Shown here piece by piece: positions 8,429-17,687 of a DNA stretch of 64,000 nucleotides. The stretch lies in the IMG/VR virus record IMGVR_UViG_3300021961_011210, positions 8,886 to 72,885 of that record. One strand, written 5' to 3'. A program made the translations under genes and the position numbers. The DNA comes from a virus. Each line of letters starts with the position of its first letter. Within the stretch, counting starts at the first letter, position 1. Below the pieces are notes generated by a model. It did no database searches. It had not been told where the DNA came from and saw only the letters and a program-made list of their open reading frames with translations.

Positions 8429-8439
8429 TTTCAAAGAAC
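8429..8439 (-). promoter_or_regulatory. boxA-like element upstream of the tmRNA
   Basis: GTTCTTTGAAA, identical to the copy before tRNA-Leu and at the same 4-nt spacing. Confidence 0.6.
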
Positions 8440-8443
8440 TATT

Positions 8444-8528
8444 AAAAATCACTTTCACCCCCTGTATAGACATAACGTCAGATGCTTAAGGTCAGCCTTA
8501 ACTATTAAGGGAGTCACCCGTGATTTCT
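8444..8528 (-). ncRNA. Candidate structured small RNA of unknown family
   Basis: Nested stems AGAAAUCAC/GUGAUUUUU, ACUCCCU/AGGGGGU and AUAG/CUAU closing two hairpins; starts immediately after the promoter element. Confidence 0.5.
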
Positions 8529-8532
8529 TATA

Positions 8533-8562
8533 CAAAGATAAATACTTTTTTTTAACTGACAA
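8533..8562 (-). promoter_or_regulatory. Bacteroidota sigma-A type promoter for the sRNA-tmRNA transcript
   Basis: TTG (8562-8560), 19-nt spacer, TATCTTTG (8540-8533). Confidence 0.7.
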
Positions 8563-8584
8563 GGTATTTATAATAAAAAAATAC

Positions 8585-9706
8585 GTGAAAAAGATTGTAC
8601 GCCTTACTGAATCTGATTTAGAAAAAATAATTAGAAGAGTATTAGAAGAACAACAGGAAAACCCAAATGTCAATTTTGTGGATGTTATTGGAGGAATCTT
8701 AAAAATCGAAGGTTCATCTTTATTTTGGGCTCAAGACGAAAAAAGTCCTTACACAAAAATTTGGGATGAAAATGCGGTTTTTTCGTTCAAGGTTGACAAA
8801 ACTCAAGGAAGGTATGAACCAACAGGTTACTTTGGTTTGCAAGAAAAAATTTTTAGTCCTGATGGGTATACACGAACATATACATGGTCGAGTATGAAGT
8901 CTCTTGGAATTAATCCAAGAGGTGATAAATGGCAACGCCAAATCAACGATCAATCAATTTTATGTTATACTTTGACTACTAATAACGAAGTAAGTGGTAC
9001 TGCAGTTTCAATTATTGAGATGACAAATCGGCAGGTGAAAGAACAAACTGAGCTTTCTAGATTTGGGGCTTACAATGGAAAAAAATTAGAAAGAAGTCGT
9101 GAAGGTAATTTAGTTTGGGGTCAAACTTATGTTAGAATTGGTAGAAATAGAAATTTAGTTGTCGTAAAACTTTCGGGGAAATCTATATCAGGACAACCAG
9201 AGAGTATTCCAACAATTCCACCAAAAAAAATAAAGCTAACTTTACCATTGGTGGATTCATTTTTGTTTGACACAATTGAGTTTGTAAATGATTCAGAAGC
9301 AAATCAAAAAATTATGGATTTTGTAAATGATTTGAAAAAATACGATGAAATGTATCCCCAAACGTTTAGAAATCATGTAAAACAGTCAAAACCCGTTGTT
9401 TATGGTTATGCCTCTATAGATGCCGATCCGAACGAATCTATAACAGGAAAATTCCAACCTTGCCGAGGTGAATCAACAAGAGGTGAGTATAACAAATGTC
9501 TATCGCAGCACAGAGCAGACAAACTTGCTGAAATTTTGAACAGTAACTTATCAGATGTAGAAATGAATGTATTTGAGGGTGTAGGTGTTGGTGAAACTGA
9601 TAAATTTGCGAAAGGAATGAAGTGGCCTCAAGTAACTGATAACACAAAGACTGCACCTAACAGAAGGGTAGAAACTGTTATTGATGAATTTACTTTTGTT
9701 GAATAA
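8585..9706 (+). CDS. Putative head-packaged protein with a C-terminal OmpA-like peptidoglycan-binding domain
   Basis: GTG start after TATTTAT (8565-8571); tag KKIVRLTESDLEKIIRRVLEE; F.FD...VYGYAS..YNKCLSQHRA...GVGET...NRRVE. Confidence 0.75.
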   Translation: MKKIVRLTESDLEKIIRRVLEEQQENPNVNFVDVIGGILKIEGSSLFWAQDEKSPYTKIWDENAVFSFKVDKTQGRYEPTGYFGLQEKIFSPDGYTRTYTWSSMKSLGINPRGDKWQRQINDQSILCYTLTTNNEVSGTAVSIIEMTNRQVKEQTELSRFGAYNGKKLERSREGNLVWGQTYVRIGRNRNLVVVKLSGKSISGQPESIPTIPPKKIKLTLPLVDSFLFDTIEFVNDSEANQKIMDFVNDLKKYDEMYPQTFRNHVKQSKPVVYGYASIDADPNESITGKFQPCRGESTRGEYNKCLSQHRADKLAEILNSNLSDVEMNVFEGVGVGETDKFAKGMKWPQVTDNTKTAPNRRVETVIDEFTFVE

Positions 9707-9711
9707 ATAAA

Positions 9712-10122
9712 TCAACGAATAGACAATACTTTTGAGTCTTCTTTAGTGTAGAAAACAATAGTTTTACCTTTTAATTTACGATTCATTTTACGGAAGATTT
9801 TATTTTCGTAAACCCAAAATTTGCAATCATCCACGAAGAACTCCCAAGAAGTCTCAGGTTGTAAGTTTGAGTTTTGCGGACCTGATAATACATCATACCC
9901 AAGACAAGACGCTAATACTACTAAAAAATCTCTTTTGTTTGACTTGTTAAAATCACGAACAATGATATTTTTTGTAACGTCCAAACGTAGAGTATCCGCA
10001 TCCAAAACAGTGTTACTGTCAATTGTATAAGGACATGACGTAATATCAACTGTCTGACTTTTCAATACAATGCTCTGTGAACAGATTAGAGCAAATACAA
10101 AGAATTTTTTAATGAGGTTCAT
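9712..10122 (-). CDS. Secreted/periplasmic hypothetical protein
   Basis: Signal-peptide-like MNLIKKFFVFALICSQSIVLKS|Q; host-type promoter TTTG(10174-10171)-N20-TATATTTG(10150-10143). Confidence 0.7.
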   Translation of the reverse strand: MNLIKKFFVFALICSQSIVLKSQTVDITSCPYTIDSNTVLDADTLRLDVTKNIIVRDFNKSNKRDFLVVLASCLGYDVLSGPQNSNLQPETSWEFFVDDCKFWVYENKIFRKMNRKLKGKTIVFYTKEDSKVLSIR

Positions 10123-10203
10123 GTGTATGGTTGTTTAGATTACAAATATACATAATATTTTCTATTTAACCAAATAGTTGGTATTTATATTTAAAATGTA
10201 TAC

Positions 10204-11493
10204 ATGAAAAAAGTCGTCCGTTTAACTGAATCTGATTTAGAAAATATAGTTTTGAGAGTAATAAAATCACGTATCGATGAGCAAATGATAAGTGCAGGAG
10301 TCATCGACAGACCAGATTTGAATCGTACTTATTCTACTTCGAAAGAAGATTTCAAGAAATTCGAAGCTGTTTTGGCAACAAGAGCTAAAGATAAATCGGA
10401 AGTTATTCAGCGTTATGAATCGCAGGGTTACAAAAAAGATGAAAGTTTTACTCCTTTGGCTTTGCAATTGTATGCGCTTAGTAGTTCGGTGATGTCGTTA
10501 AAAAGAAACCCTGAAACCAAAATTATGAGTTTGGAACCAGGGGAATCCTATAAAAAATATGAATCTTCTTTAAAAAAATTGGAATCTATGATGGATGAAG
10601 TTTCTTTGAAAGTATGGGAGACCACTAAAGAGGTGAATCCAGCTTTTTATTTATTCATCTTTCGTAAAAGTGAGGATATATTAGGTTTATTATCTTCTGT
10701 ACGTAAAAAAACTAGAAGTATTATTGTTGACAATTCAAAAACCATCCAAGATGTACCAAAAACTCCCGAGGAGGTTGAAGTACCAAGTTTAGCTTTTACT
10801 GATACAGATGTAAATTTTGATAATAAATTTGCCACAGGTTCACCAAATCTTAAGTCAGAATACATCCAAGGATTTACACAATCTTTATCGAAAATGATGA
10901 AAGACACCAAAGATTTATTGATTAAAAATAATACAAATCCTGCTGTTAGTTTTCCTGGTAGAATTTATATCTCTGAAATAATAATCAAATCTTCATCATC
11001 TAAAGTTCCACAAAGTAAATTACCTGCTCCTTATACTACTGATCCAAACAACCCACAAGATACAACAGGGTTTTTAAACTTGTCAAAGGATAGGGCTGAA
11101 TCTATGAAAAAATTGGTGGAAAAGTTTATCTCCGATAATTCAAGGATGGTATTTACAGATGAAAAAACAAAAATGGAGGTAGATTTCAAAGGGAAAAATG
11201 GAGATGGTACTTCTGGTATTCCATGGGACAAATCCAAAGGTTCACAAGATCCTGCTTATTTGGAGGCCCAATATGCCAACATTTATATTAAGTTTACTGT
11301 ACAACCTAAAATCGACACTACTCCCGAATCAACACCTGAACCTATTGAGACTAACGGATATGTTTTGAAAATTTCAGGTGAAAGAAGAGGTAAATTTTAC
11401 ATAGACTTCAACTTTACACCACCTAATATGTCAATCGGAGGGTTTAAAGGATTTTCAGGTGGTGATGTATTATGTGACGCATACAAAGGATGA
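10204..11493 (+). CDS. Putative head-packaged protein with a divergent OmpA-like domain
   Basis: Tag MKKVVRLTESDLENIVLRVIK; KFATGS..L...IIIKSSSS...LSKDRAESMK; TATTTAT at 10182-10188. Confidence 0.65.
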   Translation: MKKVVRLTESDLENIVLRVIKSRIDEQMISAGVIDRPDLNRTYSTSKEDFKKFEAVLATRAKDKSEVIQRYESQGYKKDESFTPLALQLYALSSSVMSLKRNPETKIMSLEPGESYKKYESSLKKLESMMDEVSLKVWETTKEVNPAFYLFIFRKSEDILGLLSSVRKKTRSIIVDNSKTIQDVPKTPEEVEVPSLAFTDTDVNFDNKFATGSPNLKSEYIQGFTQSLSKMMKDTKDLLIKNNTNPAVSFPGRIYISEIIIKSSSSKVPQSKLPAPYTTDPNNPQDTTGFLNLSKDRAESMKKLVEKFISDNSRMVFTDEKTKMEVDFKGKNGDGTSGIPWDKSKGSQDPAYLEAQYANIYIKFTVQPKIDTTPESTPEPIETNGYVLKISGERRGKFYIDFNFTPPNMSIGGFKGFSGGDVLCDAYKG

Positions 11494-12572
11494 TGAACAA
11501 AACCCAAGACATATTACGTATAAAAAAATTAATGCTCCTCAAAGAAAATAGTGAGGAAAAAAATCCTGTTGATTTACTTTGGGATTATATTAACCAAGTG
11601 GATGGTGTTGAATATGAACCTATTCCTAGTGAAAATATAAAGTATAATAAAAGGGAGGGGTATTTTTATTTTAATTTCTACGATTTTAAAGATTATTTGG
11701 AGTATTTTTTTCCCGAGTCAAACTCAGAGGATACTTTAAGTCATTGGGAATGGGCACTAAACGATCCGAGAGGGTATTTTAGAGATGAAGATAGAGATTC
11801 AGAATTTGAATCTGAAGATTATTATTTTAATTCTTTACCAAATTCTACCAAAAAAGAATTAGTTGAGTACGTCAGAGACAATTTTGGTTTATTTTTAGAA
11901 ATGGAAAATGAAAATTTACCTATGCAGATACAAGACTTATTTGCGGCATTGGGATTAGATGAAGATTGGGTTTATGCGTATGACAGTTCCACACATGAGG
12001 CTCACTTGGTAAATTTTGAATCTGATTTTTACAAAAATAATTGTGAAAGATTAGAAAAAATTGGTTTAGAAAAGATTTTATGTTTTGAACAATATCGTAT
12101 CCGTCCTGAGCAATTGTTGATTATGTACTCAACTTTGGGGAATGACAAATTGAACTATGATGAAGTAATTCAAAGTTATTTAGAAAAAAAGAGAATTAGT
12201 GATGGTTTACCTGAGTATCCTTATGAATTTTTTTGGGAAAGTTGGGATGAAAAAACATTTCAAACCCTCTATAAGTCTGAATTCAATTATGTATTTAATA
12301 AATTCAAAAAATCTATTGAAGAATTTGACACGAAAGAAAAGAAAAAATTCGGGACAATTTTCAAAAAAGTCGAAAAACTAGGTGGTTGGAATATGTGGAT
12401 AGATACGGCGAATGGAGATAAGATTATGTTTGTTGATTACGATCCAACCACTAAAGAAATTGGGTATAGATTTAGAGATAAAACAAAATCAACCTGGCAA
12501 GCATCAGGTGGTAAGACAAAAGATTTCCAAATGTTAGTCGATAAAATTAACAATTTAGAGTTAGAATTTTAA
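11490..12572 (+). CDS. Hypothetical protein, putative head cargo
   Basis: 360 aa; N-terminal DILRIKKLMLLKE; ATGA coupling to the previous gene. Confidence 0.7.
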   Translation: MMNKTQDILRIKKLMLLKENSEEKNPVDLLWDYINQVDGVEYEPIPSENIKYNKREGYFYFNFYDFKDYLEYFFPESNSEDTLSHWEWALNDPRGYFRDEDRDSEFESEDYYFNSLPNSTKKELVEYVRDNFGLFLEMENENLPMQIQDLFAALGLDEDWVYAYDSSTHEAHLVNFESDFYKNNCERLEKIGLEKILCFEQYRIRPEQLLIMYSTLGNDKLNYDEVIQSYLEKKRISDGLPEYPYEFFWESWDEKTFQTLYKSEFNYVFNKFKKSIEEFDTKEKKKFGTIFKKVEKLGGWNMWIDTANGDKIMFVDYDPTTKEIGYRFRDKTKSTWQASGGKTKDFQMLVDKINNLELEF

Positions 12573-13621
12573 TCTTCAAAATAAGTTTTGAGAATTTCAT
12601 AGAATTCTTTAGCGTCATCATAACTCATCACAATATTGTCGTTTGTATAAGAATCTTCTAAAGTGAAACCAAAATCACTTTCTTTAATCACCAAGTCTGA
12701 AATATTGTAAACAAATTCTTCATAGTGAAATTCTTCATCGTCTGAATAGTCCCATGGAGGTGTGATATATTTGAGATTTGATGAATCATACTTTTGATTA
12801 ATAAAAGGTACTTTTTGAAATCCAAGTGTATTATAAACTTTCTCGGCTAATTTTATCGCAGAGTCAACATCACTAATTACAACAAACTCTTTGTTGGTGT
12901 GCATGTTGTAATATCCACAAGAGAAATTTATACAAGAAAAATCACCTTTCATCTTCAGTTGAGAAACATCAGTATATGGGTGTGATTGTTCCATGGGTAA
13001 AAACCCAAAGACAGATTTATAAATATTTCTAATTGTTTTGATAAAATCACCATCTTTTTCATACAATCGAACTCCCGAGCAAATTTCGGTGACTAAGTGA
13101 TCACCAGGAGCATCGAATTGTACTGCATAACCAACATCAGATAAAAAATTCAAATCACATCTAGAGGAACCGTGACAACCAGTCTCCTCGGAAACAAAAA
13201 ACGCAACCTTTATTGTTGGTAAATTTCTCAGTAATTCGAGACAAATGAAAATACCAGCCTTATCGTCACCACCGATACCAGTCTCTAAACCTTCAGTTGT
13301 ATATGCCTTTAGAGAACGGTGAGAAAAATCATCGAAAGATTTTCCAAATGTTGTTGGTTTATAAAGATATTCTTCTTTTACAACAATTTCATCAATCAGG
13401 GAGTGAACGGTATCGGTATGTGACAAAAACAATGGGTAATATTCCCCTTCGGAAATGGAACCTTTTGTTGCGTAGATATTGTTGATGGAGTCCCTGAAAA
13501 AGGTAACCCCTTCAATTGTTTCCAAAACATCACAAATGTGTTCTACCATTTTTTCTTCCGAGTAAGTTTTACTCGGTACGGATAGAAGTTTTTTGAATCG
13601 TTCAAGTTGTATTGGTTCCAT
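12569..13621 (-). CDS. Zinc exopeptidase, M20/M28/M42 clan
   Basis: SHTDTV, GGDDKAG, SEETG, FDAPG and YNMHT metal-ligand motifs; TAATTTTG element at 13646-13639. Confidence 0.85.
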   Translation of the reverse strand: MEPIQLERFKKLLSVPSKTYSEEKMVEHICDVLETIEGVTFFRDSINNIYATKGSISEGEYYPLFLSHTDTVHSLIDEIVVKEEYLYKPTTFGKSFDDFSHRSLKAYTTEGLETGIGGDDKAGIFICLELLRNLPTIKVAFFVSEETGCHGSSRCDLNFLSDVGYAVQFDAPGDHLVTEICSGVRLYEKDGDFIKTIRNIYKSVFGFLPMEQSHPYTDVSQLKMKGDFSCINFSCGYYNMHTNKEFVVISDVDSAIKLAEKVYNTLGFQKVPFINQKYDSSNLKYITPPWDYSDDEEFHYEEFVYNISDLVIKESDFGFTLEDSYTNDNIVMSYDDAKEFYEILKTYFED

Positions 13622-13663
13622 TTGTCTGTTTTGAATTACAAAATTACAAATTTTTTTTCTAAT

Positions 13664-13688
13664 AAAAAAGGGGATTATTCATCCCCTT
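13664..13688 (-). terminator. Intrinsic terminator after clpC
   Basis: AAGGGGAT-GAATA-ATCCCCTTTTTT on the minus strand. Confidence 0.75.
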
Positions 13689-15696
13689 CAATTAAAACCA
13701 CTTTTTTATCTACAAAATCCAAAGTGTATGGAGTTTCGGGTATTATATTTTTTTTCAAAACTTCTTCTGAAATGAAATCTTCAATTTTTTCTTGTATTGC
13801 TCGTTTGATTGGACGAGCTCCGAACTTATCGTCAAAACCCTCTTTACCTATCATTGTTTTTACACTGTCAGTAACGAAAATTTCGTATTTCATTTCCTTG
13901 AGACGTTGTACCAATTTATTGATTTCAATATCAACAATTTGAGTGATTTCATTTTCCTTGAGGGAGTTAAATACTACTACGTCGTCGATACGGTTTAAAA
14001 ACTCCGGAGTGAAATAATTTTTGAGTTCTTTTTGCAGAAGTCTATTACGTGTTTCGTCTTTGTCATTTTCTTTAGCCACTGTATCGAACCCTACTCCAGT
14101 CCCAAAGTCCTGTAGTTTTTTGACTCCCAAGTTAGATGTCATGATAACCAAAGTATTTTTGAAGTTAATCTTCCTTCCCATACTGTCGGTTAAGTGCCCA
14201 TCGTCCAAAACTTGAAGTAGAAGTGAGAAGATATCACGGTTTGCCTTTTCAATTTCATCAAAAAGCACTACTGAATACGGTTTGTTTTTTACCGCCTCGG
14301 TGAGTTGTCCGCCTTCTCCGTGTCCGATGTATCCGGGAGGTGAACCAATCAAACGACTCATTGAGTGTTTTTCTTGATACTCAGACATATCTACACGAAT
14401 GAGTGCGTTTTCATCTCCGAAAATTTCCTTTGCAAGTTGTTTTGCTAAGTGTGTTTTACCAACACCGGTAGAACCTAAGAAAACAAATGAACCAATTGGA
14501 CGATTTGGATCTTTGATACCTACACGGTTTCGTCGGATAGACTTAGAAATTTTACTAACAGCCTCCTGTTGTCCAATGACTTTTTTGTTTAGATTGGTTT
14601 CCAAGTTAAGTAAGGATTCACTTTCATCAACGGTTAGTTTAGTTAAAGGGATTTTAGTCATCGAAGAAACTACTTCGTAAACGTGGTCTTCTGTAACCAA
14701 ACTACGGTTGGTATTTGAATCCTCCTCGAACTTACGTTTTTCATCTTCGAGCTTTTTCAAAATTTTCTTTTCTTTATCACGAAGTTGAGCAGCCTCTTCA
14801 TATTTTTGGCGTTTAACCACCAACAATTTTTCTTCTTTGATGTTGAGAGCTTCTTGTTTCAATTTTTCGATAATTTCAGGTAACTTCATGTTAACCTGAC
14901 TACGAGCACCGACTTCATCCATGATGTCAATCGCTTTATCGGGAAATCCACGATCAGTAATATAACGATCCGCCAATGTTACACAGAGTTTAAGAGACTC
15001 ATCACTATATAGAACTTTGTGATGGGATTCATATTTGTCTTTGATTTGTAAAAGAATTTCGAAGGTTTCTTCAGGTGTAGTTTGATCTACAAAGACTTTT
15101 TGGAATCGACGTTCTAATGCACCATCTTTTTCAATATGTTCACGGTATTCGTCCAAAGTAGTGGCACCAACACATTGGAGTTCACCTCGTGCAAGTGCGG
15201 GTTTGAATATGTTTGATGCATCTAATGAACCTGATGAGTTACCTGCTCCAATTATGGTGTGAATTTCATCAATAAACACAATAATGTCACGATTTTCTTG
15301 TAGTTCATCCAAAATAACTTTCAAACGTTCTTCAAATTGTCCACGGTATTTTGTACCTGCCACGATTGATGTCATATCCAAAGATACGATACGTTTATCT
15401 GCAAGATTTTGAGGACAGTCCCCTTGGAATATTTTCATTGCTAGCCCTTCAATGATGGCGGTTTTTCCTGAACCAGGTTCTCCAATAATGATTGGGTTAT
15501 TTTTTTTCCGACGAGATAGGATTTGTGCTATTCGGTTGATTTCTTGCTCCCTACCTATGACGGGGTCCAATTTTCCTTGTTCTGCTAATCTAATCAAGTC
15601 TCTTGAAAAATTATCCAAAACAGGTGTTGAGGAATTTATAGTTTCCGAACGATTCTTACGAGAACCTTTTTCGTTGGGATCTGCCGATTCAATCAT
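13675..15696 (-). CDS. clpC: ClpC-like AAA+ unfoldase lacking the N-terminal Clp-repeat domain
   Basis: [11 protein letters not shown]; Walker A GEPGSGKT and GSTGVGKT; Walker B FIDE and LFDE; pore loops KYRG and GYIG; UVR-like [11 protein letters not shown]; GVGF ClpP-docking loop. Start placed at ATG 15696, after TACCTTTG (15723-15716). Confidence 0.92.
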   Translation of the reverse strand: MIESADPNEKGSRKNRSETINSSTPVLDNFSRDLIRLAEQGKLDPVIGREQEINRIAQILSRRKKNNPIIIGEPGSGKTAIIEGLAMKIFQGDCPQNLADKRIVSLDMTSIVAGTKYRGQFEERLKVILDELQENRDIIVFIDEIHTIIGAGNSSGSLDASNIFKPALARGELQCVGATTLDEYREHIEKDGALERRFQKVFVDQTTPEETFEILLQIKDKYESHHKVLYSDESLKLCVTLADRYITDRGFPDKAIDIMDEVGARSQVNMKLPEIIEKLKQEALNIKEEKLLVVKRQKYEEAAQLRDKEKKILKKLEDEKRKFEEDSNTNRSLVTEDHVYEVVSSMTKIPLTKLTVDESESLLNLETNLNKKVIGQQEAVSKISKSIRRNRVGIKDPNRPIGSFVFLGSTGVGKTHLAKQLAKEIFGDENALIRVDMSEYQEKHSMSRLIGSPPGYIGHGEGGQLTEAVKNKPYSVVLFDEIEKANRDIFSLLLQVLDDGHLTDSMGRKINFKNTLVIMTSNLGVKKLQDFGTGVGFDTVAKENDKDETRNRLLQKELKNYFTPEFLNRIDDVVVFNSLKENEITQIVDIEINKLVQRLKEMKYEIFVTDSVKTMIGKEGFDDKFGARPIKRAIQEKIEDFISEEVLKKNIIPETPYTLDFVDKKVVLIEGDE

Positions 15697-15750
15697 GTTT
15701 CTAATATTTGTTTTACAAAGGTAATAAAAATTATGTAACAAACAACTATT

Positions 15751-15809
15751 TGACAAACTGTCATACTTTTTTATATTTTGGAAATTCCTATATGACAAAA
15801 TGTCATATA
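15751..15809. promoter_or_regulatory. Two TGACA-N3-TGTCA palindromic operators between divergent clpC and hsp20
   Basis: TGACAAACTGTCA (15751-15763) and TATATGACAAAATGTCATATA (15789-15809); TATTTTTG -7 element at 15833-15840. Confidence 0.7.
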
Positions 15810-15881
15810 TAATCAAATAATTTGTTTTGGCATATTTTTGGCAAATATAGGGAAAAATAAACATTAAAAAAAAATTAAGTT

Positions 15882-16250
15882 ATGTTTTTGTCAACACGTA
15901 GAAATTCATTGTTAGATCACTTTTTCAATTCTTGGGAAGTACCAACCGTTACTTACAGTACTACAGGGAATTATTCAACTAAAAAAAATGAGTCGGGTTA
16001 TAATTTTGAAATGATTGTACCTGGCTCTAATAAAGAAAATGTTAAAGTAACTGTTGAGGGTGAATACTTAAAAATAAAATGTAAGTATGAATCTGATTTT
16101 CAGTCATACGATATTGATAAGAGTTTTTCCATACCTGAAGATGTTGAAACATCAAAAATCAAAGCAACTGTCGAAGATGGAATATTAAAAGTCAATCTCC
16201 CATTGATGAAGAAAAAAGAAAAAGAAAAAAACATTATAGAAGTTCTTTGA
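15882..16250 (+). CDS. Small heat shock protein (Hsp20/alpha-crystallin)
   Basis: VPG..KENVKV.V....L.I...KSFSIPEDV....IKATVEDGILKVNLP. Confidence 0.92.
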   Translation: MFLSTRRNSLLDHFFNSWEVPTVTYSTTGNYSTKKNESGYNFEMIVPGSNKENVKVTVEGEYLKIKCKYESDFQSYDIDKSFSIPEDVETSKIKATVEDGILKVNLPLMKKKEKEKNIIEVL

Positions 16251-16252
16251 TA

Positions 16253-16276
16253 AAAACCCCCATTTTTGGGGGTTTT
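16253..16276. terminator. Intrinsic terminator after hsp20
   Basis: AAAACCCCCA-TTTT-TGGGGGTTTT. Confidence 0.8.
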
Positions 16277-16291
16277 CTATATTTATAAACT

Positions 16292-16600
16292 ATGGAACCC
16301 TCTTGGTTAAAATTTTTAAATACTGTTTTGAAAGAAGACTTTCAGGTTTTGCTTCATGAGTATAGAAGACTCAGAGAAATGTTCCAAGAAAACAATATAG
16401 GAACGTCACAACTAGAGAAGGGTGTTGGAATGGATAATAACATGTACTTACAAAGAGACCTATTACTTAAGATGATAGAAAAGTTAAACAAAAACTTATA
16501 TAAATATGGAATGTTGAGTGATGAGAACAAGGAAGAATTTTCTAATTACTTATTACACAAATTAAGTAAAATTGACATTGAAACCCCTTTAAAAGATTAA
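16292..16600 (+). CDS. Hypothetical protein
   Basis: 102 aa; ATG 5 nt after TATTTAT (16280-16286). Confidence 0.75.
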   Translation: MEPSWLKFLNTVLKEDFQVLLHEYRRLREMFQENNIGTSQLEKGVGMDNNMYLQRDLLLKMIEKLNKNLYKYGMLSDENKEEFSNYLLHKLSKIDIETPLKD

Positions 16601-16604
16601 TATT

Positions 16605-16853
16605 ATGGCAGTAAAAAACGAAAAAATCGAAGGAACCAAAATCATCAATGAAATCGAGTCGTCAAATATCAAAAAAACTGTTTATGACACGTCTAATAAA
16701 TCATTGATAGCGACATTCAATAATGGTGCAGAGTACGAATACGAGAATGTACCTCATCAAATTTACACAAAGTTTAGAATTGCAGAATCCCAAGGAAAGT
16801 TTTTCAACACCGAAATCTCAAAAAAATACAAATACAAAAAAATAGAAAAGTAA
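16605..16853 (+). CDS. KTSC domain protein
   Basis: SSNI....YD.....L...FNNG..YEY.NVP..IY..F..AESQGKFFN..I. Confidence 0.9.
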   Translation: MAVKNEKIEGTKIINEIESSNIKKTVYDTSNKSLIATFNNGAEYEYENVPHQIYTKFRIAESQGKFFNTEISKKYKYKKIEK

Positions 16854-16871
16854 CATACTATTTATATTGGT

Positions 16872-17621
16872 ATGACTGATTTTGCAAAAATACTATCGAG
16901 CTTTTATGTTCAAGATTCTTTAAACCCTAAAATTTGGGTAAATCCAGAATCCACCGAGTCGAGTATGATACCCGAAGTTAAAGAAAAATTGTTGGAAATC
17001 GCCAATGAATTTGTAAATTTTCTTGGAGTTGAAATTTTTGTGCAAGACATACATATGACAGGATCATTGGCTAATTACAATTGGAGCGAATACTCAGACA
17101 TTGATTTACATATTCTCTACGACTTCAATGAATCAGGTGATAAAAAAGAATTATTGGTTGAACTATTCAAACTAAAAAAAACATTATTTAATTCTACTCA
17201 TAACATAAAAGTTCGTGGATTTGACGTAGAGATGTATGTACAAGACACCAAAGAATCCCATTTTTCTACCGGTGTGTATTCTGTGCTATTTGATGAATGG
17301 ATTGCCACACCATCTAAAGATGAAGTTACTATTGATGAAGAAAAACTAAAATCTAAAGTTGACTCTTGGACTGACTTAATCGACACCACCATAGAGAATG
17401 TTGAGGATGATGAACTTGATGATGCGATGTTAACTATCGACGGTATAAAAGATAAATTAAAGAAATATCGTTCGATTGGATTGGAAAATTTTGGAGAATA
17501 TTCCTATGAAAATTTAACTTTTAAATTTTTGAGACGTAACGGGTATATTCAGAAATTATTTGATTTTACAAACGAGTTAATGGATAAGAGGTTGTCCTTG
17601 GAGCAAAATATTATTGAATAA
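16872..17621 (+). CDS. Pol-beta superfamily nucleotidyltransferase
   Basis: TGSLANYNWSEYSDIDLHI (GS...DxD) and later VEMYVQD. Confidence 0.85.
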   Translation: MTDFAKILSSFYVQDSLNPKIWVNPESTESSMIPEVKEKLLEIANEFVNFLGVEIFVQDIHMTGSLANYNWSEYSDIDLHILYDFNESGDKKELLVELFKLKKTLFNSTHNIKVRGFDVEMYVQDTKESHFSTGVYSVLFDEWIATPSKDEVTIDEEKLKSKVDSWTDLIDTTIENVEDDELDDAMLTIDGIKDKLKKYRSIGLENFGEYSYENLTFKFLRRNGYIQKLFDFTNELMDKRLSLEQNIIE

Positions 17622-17687
17622 GAAACAATTGAGCCAAAAAAAAATACAAAAGAGATATTTCTGTATATTTATTTAATAAAAATTGTT

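Noticed and set aside
8444-8528. Hammerhead ribozyme reading of the candidate sRNA (CUGA and GAAA present)
   Set aside because: There is no CUGAnGA core and no NUH site in the required position relative to the stems.
8381-8584. ORF-track N-terminal extension of the 441-aa ORF
   Set aside because: It overlaps the tmRNA, sRNA and their promoter. GTG 8585 follows TATTTAT and matches the N-terminus of the 10204 protein.
15697-15864. ORF-track N-terminal extension of ClpC
   Set aside because: It does not resemble a Clp N-domain and spans the divergent promoter/operator region. The -7 element points to ATG 15696.
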